In this document: positions 61,887 through 64,000 of the stretch, one piece after another
Layout of the letters: every line of letters begins with the position of its first letter
Position numbering within the stretch: the stretch's first letter is position 1
DNA from: Betaproteobacteria bacterium
GTDB lineage: Bacteria; Pseudomonadota; Gammaproteobacteria; Burkholderiales; Burkholderiaceae_E
DNA: 64,000 bases
Direction: 5' to 3'
Assembly (NCBI GenBank): GCA_031361565.1
Contig: JANLRI010000058.1
Location: forward strand, 6,800-70,799
Made by a program: the position numbers and the translations under genes
The notes under the pieces: generated by a model
What the model was told of the DNA's origin: nothing
The model's database searches: none
What the model saw: the letters and a program-made list of their open reading frames with translations, nothing else

Positions 61887-64000
61887 ATGCCAGGTGCGAG
61901 ACTGGAAGACGTGGGGAAGTATCGCTATTTGTTTCAGCCGTTGCAGCTAGGGCCAATTACCGTCCGGAATCGGGTGGTGTTTAGTGCGCACCTCACCAAC
62001 TACGCCGAGGACGGTTTGCCCACCGAGCAACACGCTGCGTATTACGAGGCCCGGGCTCGCGGAGGTGCGGGGCTGATTATTACCGAGGAACACTCCACTC
62101 ATCCCACCGATTGGCCATACGAGAAATTGATTCACGGCTTTCATCGCCACGTGATCCCCGGTTACAAGCGTATTACCGAAGCCGTCCACCGTCACGGCAC
62201 ACCGATTTTCGCCCAGATCAATCACAATGGCGGACAGGCCAGCTCAATGTATTCGCGCTTACCGGTTTGGGCACCTTCGCCGGTTGCTGATCCACTGTTT
62301 CGCGAAGTTCCTAAAGCCGTGAACGTCCGCGAAATTGCTGAGATTGTGGCCGGTTACGCAGTCGTGGCCGGGCACTGTGCCGAAGGTGGATTCGATGGCG
62401 TGGAACTGCAGTGTTCCCACTCCTCAATTGTTCGCGGATTCCTCAGCGGCGCAACCAATACGCGCACAGATCATTACGGCGGCTCGCTAGAAAACCGTGC
62501 ACGTTTGCTAACCGAAATTATCGATGTGGTTCGCGAAGCCATCGGCCCCACCCGCGCTCTGGGCGTTCGGCTCTGCGGCGACGAATTGATCGAAGGCGGC
62601 ACCACCATTGACGAAGCGGTGGCCATCTCACGCATTGTTGAAGCTACCGGCAAGGTCGATTACATCAACACCTCGATCGGCGTAGCCACAGCCACGTTGT
62701 TCATGATCGAAGCCTCGATGCATATTCCGCCGGGATACGCATTGTTCATTCCCAATGCCATTCGCCGTGCGGTCGATATTCCCGTCGTAGGAGTGGGCCG
62801 ATTCAAGGATCCCATCCAAGCAGAACGGGCCTTGGCCGACGGGCACTGTGATCTTGTTGGCGCTGTGCGCGCACAAATTGCTGATCCCGATTTTGTGCGC
62901 AAAGCCCAGGCAGGTGAGCATGATGATACGAGGTTGTGCTTAAGCTGCAACCAAGAATGCGTTGGGCGGATGGGTCTCAACCGTTGGCTTGGCTGCATTG
63001 AAAACCCCGCTACCGGCCGCGAAGCATTGCTAAGTGCACAGCGTGCTGTTTCAGAAAGTGCCATCGCACTAGTGAACGCATCCGTTGCTTCCGGCGAAAA
63101 CTCTAGCGACGATCCGCCTCTCGATTCCGTGATCACACCAGTCGCAAACCAGGGCAGGGCTGGCATCCGCGGTCGGTTGCAAAGTTCCTTATCTGGACTT
63201 CGAAAGGAGGGCGAAACGGCTCAAGAAGTCGCTCTCGTGACAAAGCCAGTAAAACCAGTCCGGCGCAAACACGTCATGGTTGTCGGTGCTGGTCCTGCTG
63301 GTTTGCAGGCCGCCATTTCCGCCGCATCGCATGGACACGAGGTCACGGTTTACGAACGTGAACTCGTTGCTGGTGGTCAGGTTCGCTGGGCGGCAACCGT
63401 TCCCAATCGTGCCGAGTTTGGTGACCTTATTCGCAATCAACTCAACGAAGCAGCCCGGGCCAACATCAAAATTGTGTACGGTCACCAAATTGATTCTGCC
63501 TTCGTCGGCACCGACAATCCCGATGCCGTAATCATCGCTACCGGAGCTGTTCCTGCCCGACCGTATTGGGCGCCCGGCGACGCTAGCAACATTGTCGACG
63601 TGATGGCCGTTCTCACCGGCGAGGCCACTCCACCGGCTGGGGCCAAGGTAGTGATCGTAGACGAGTTGGGCTTCCACCAAGCCACATCGATTGCCGAGGT
63701 TCTGGCCGATCGCGGCTGCAACGTAGAGATTCTCACACCCGGCATGGTGGTGGGCCAGGATCTGGGCATCACACTCGACATGGAAAACTTCTGCATCCGC
63801 GCCGCCGCAAAAAGGATCGTCTTGACCCCTGATTCGGTGGTGATGGGCTGGACCGCAAACCCACTTGGTTCCGGCACAGATGCCTCGAGGTCAGATGGTT
63901 CGGGGTTAGATAGTTCGGGCACAGATAGTTCGAGCACAGATCGTTCGGGCTTAGATGGTTCGGGCTTAGATGGTTCGGGGTTAGATGGTTCGGGCACAGA
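61887..64000 (+). CDS. Second FadH/OYE-family oxidoreductase (mycofactocin-associated type), 3'-partial (runs off the window)
   Basis: This ORF is not in the supplied track because it has no stop in the window. I translated it by hand from ATG 61887: MPGARLEDVGKYRYLFQPLQLGPITVRNRVVFSAHLTNYAEDGLPTEQHAAYYEARARGGAGLIITEEHSTHP...INHNGGQ...GFDGVELQCSHSSIVRGFLS...HYGGSLENR...CLSCNQECVG...VMVVGAGPAGLQAA... The frame stays open to base 64000. Confidence 0.8.
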   Translation, partial: MPGARLEDVGKYRYLFQPLQLGPITVRNRVVFSAHLTNYAEDGLPTEQHAAYYEARARGGAGLIITEEHSTHPTDWPYEKLIHGFHRHVIPGYKRITEAVHRHGTPIFAQINHNGGQASSMYSRLPVWAPSPVADPLFREVPKAVNVREIAEIVAGYAVVAGHCAEGGFDGVELQCSHSSIVRGFLSGATNTRTDHYGGSLENRARLLTEIIDVVREAIGPTRALGVRLCGDELIEGGTTIDEAVAISRIVEATGKVDYINTSIGVATATLFMIEASMHIPPGYALFIPNAIRRAVDIPVVGVGRFKDPIQAERALADGHCDLVGAVRAQIADPDFVRKAQAGEHDDTRLCLSCNQECVGRMGLNRWLGCIENPATGREALLSAQRAVSESAIALVNASVASGENSSDDPPLDSVITPVANQGRAGIRGRLQSSLSGLRKEGETAQEVALVTKPVKPVRRKHVMVVGAGPAGLQAAISAASHGHEVTVYERELVAGGQVRWAATVPNRAEFGDLIRNQLNEAARANIKIVYGHQIDSAFVGTDNPDAVIIATGAVPARPYWAPGDASNIVDVMAVLTGEATPPAGAKVVIVDELGFHQATSIAEVLADRGCNVEILTPGMVVGQDLGITLDMENFCIRAAAKRIVLTPDSVVMGWTANPLGSGTDASRSDGSGLDSSGTDSSSTDRSGLDGSGLDGSGLDGSGT
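63879..64000 (+). repeat. 15-nt in-frame tandem repeat (gatggttcgggctta-like, >=8 copies), encoding D(G/S)SG(L/T) units; continues past the window
   Basis: Successive units: gatgcctcgaggtca, gatggttcggggtta, gatagttcgggcaca, gatagttcgagcaca, gatcgttcgggctta, gatggttcgggctta, gatggttcggggtta, gatggttcgggcaca. Confidence 0.9.

Overview
High-G+C chromosomal segment that looks Actinomycetota-like (LAxTG sortase signal, mycofactocin genes, divergent Lrp-ald pair). This taxonomic reading is inference only.

Gene content, in order:
- Bases 1-23349 are the 3' part of one giant ORF. It encodes at least 7,782 aa in the window (the 5' end lies outside it), consists of about 59 tandem 129-aa DUF11-type modules, and ends in an LAFTG cell-wall sorting signal.
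- A kinase-fold protein carrying an 87-nt tandem duplication, an enolase-superfamily epimerase, a PAS-GGDEF cyclase, an XRE-HTH protein with a Pro/Thr repeat tail, and a YcaQ/AlkZ-like glycosylase.
- A potA-D-B-C-like polyamine ABC operon, Lrp plus alanine dehydrogenase, a short SepF-like protein, and a ~0.7-kb non-coding gap.
- Two abutting acyl-CoA dehydrogenases.
- A ~6-kb decayed type I R-M island: an hsdR C-terminal fragment, a DUF1016 fragment, hsdM with a frameshift plus an internal deletion, and no hsdS. It still carries an intact, terminator-insulated TcmP + DUF5131 (three-Cys) gene pair.
- A DrrAB-like ABC-2 exporter with a perfect (AAC)23 microsatellite, a membrane protein, a PQQ sugar dehydrogenase, an EamA transporter and a membrane GGDEF-EAL protein.
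- A partial mycofactocin locus: mftB, mftC, a DUF4272-like gene and two FadH/OYE oxidoreductases, the last running off the window. I found no recognisable mftA.

I saw no rRNA, tRNA, CRISPR array, transposase or integrase.

Recurrent theme: an unusual density of perfect short tandem repeats. They are always a multiple of 3 nt inside genes, and they appear as phased or palindromic arrays in promoter regions.

Best candidate for an undescribed system: the TcmP/DUF5131 pair sitting in the hsdS position of the dead R-M locus. Runners-up: mftB/mftC without a canonical mftA, where a 30-codon ORF occupies the mftA slot, and the giant adhesin itself.

All family assignments come from reading motifs by eye. 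No database search was run.
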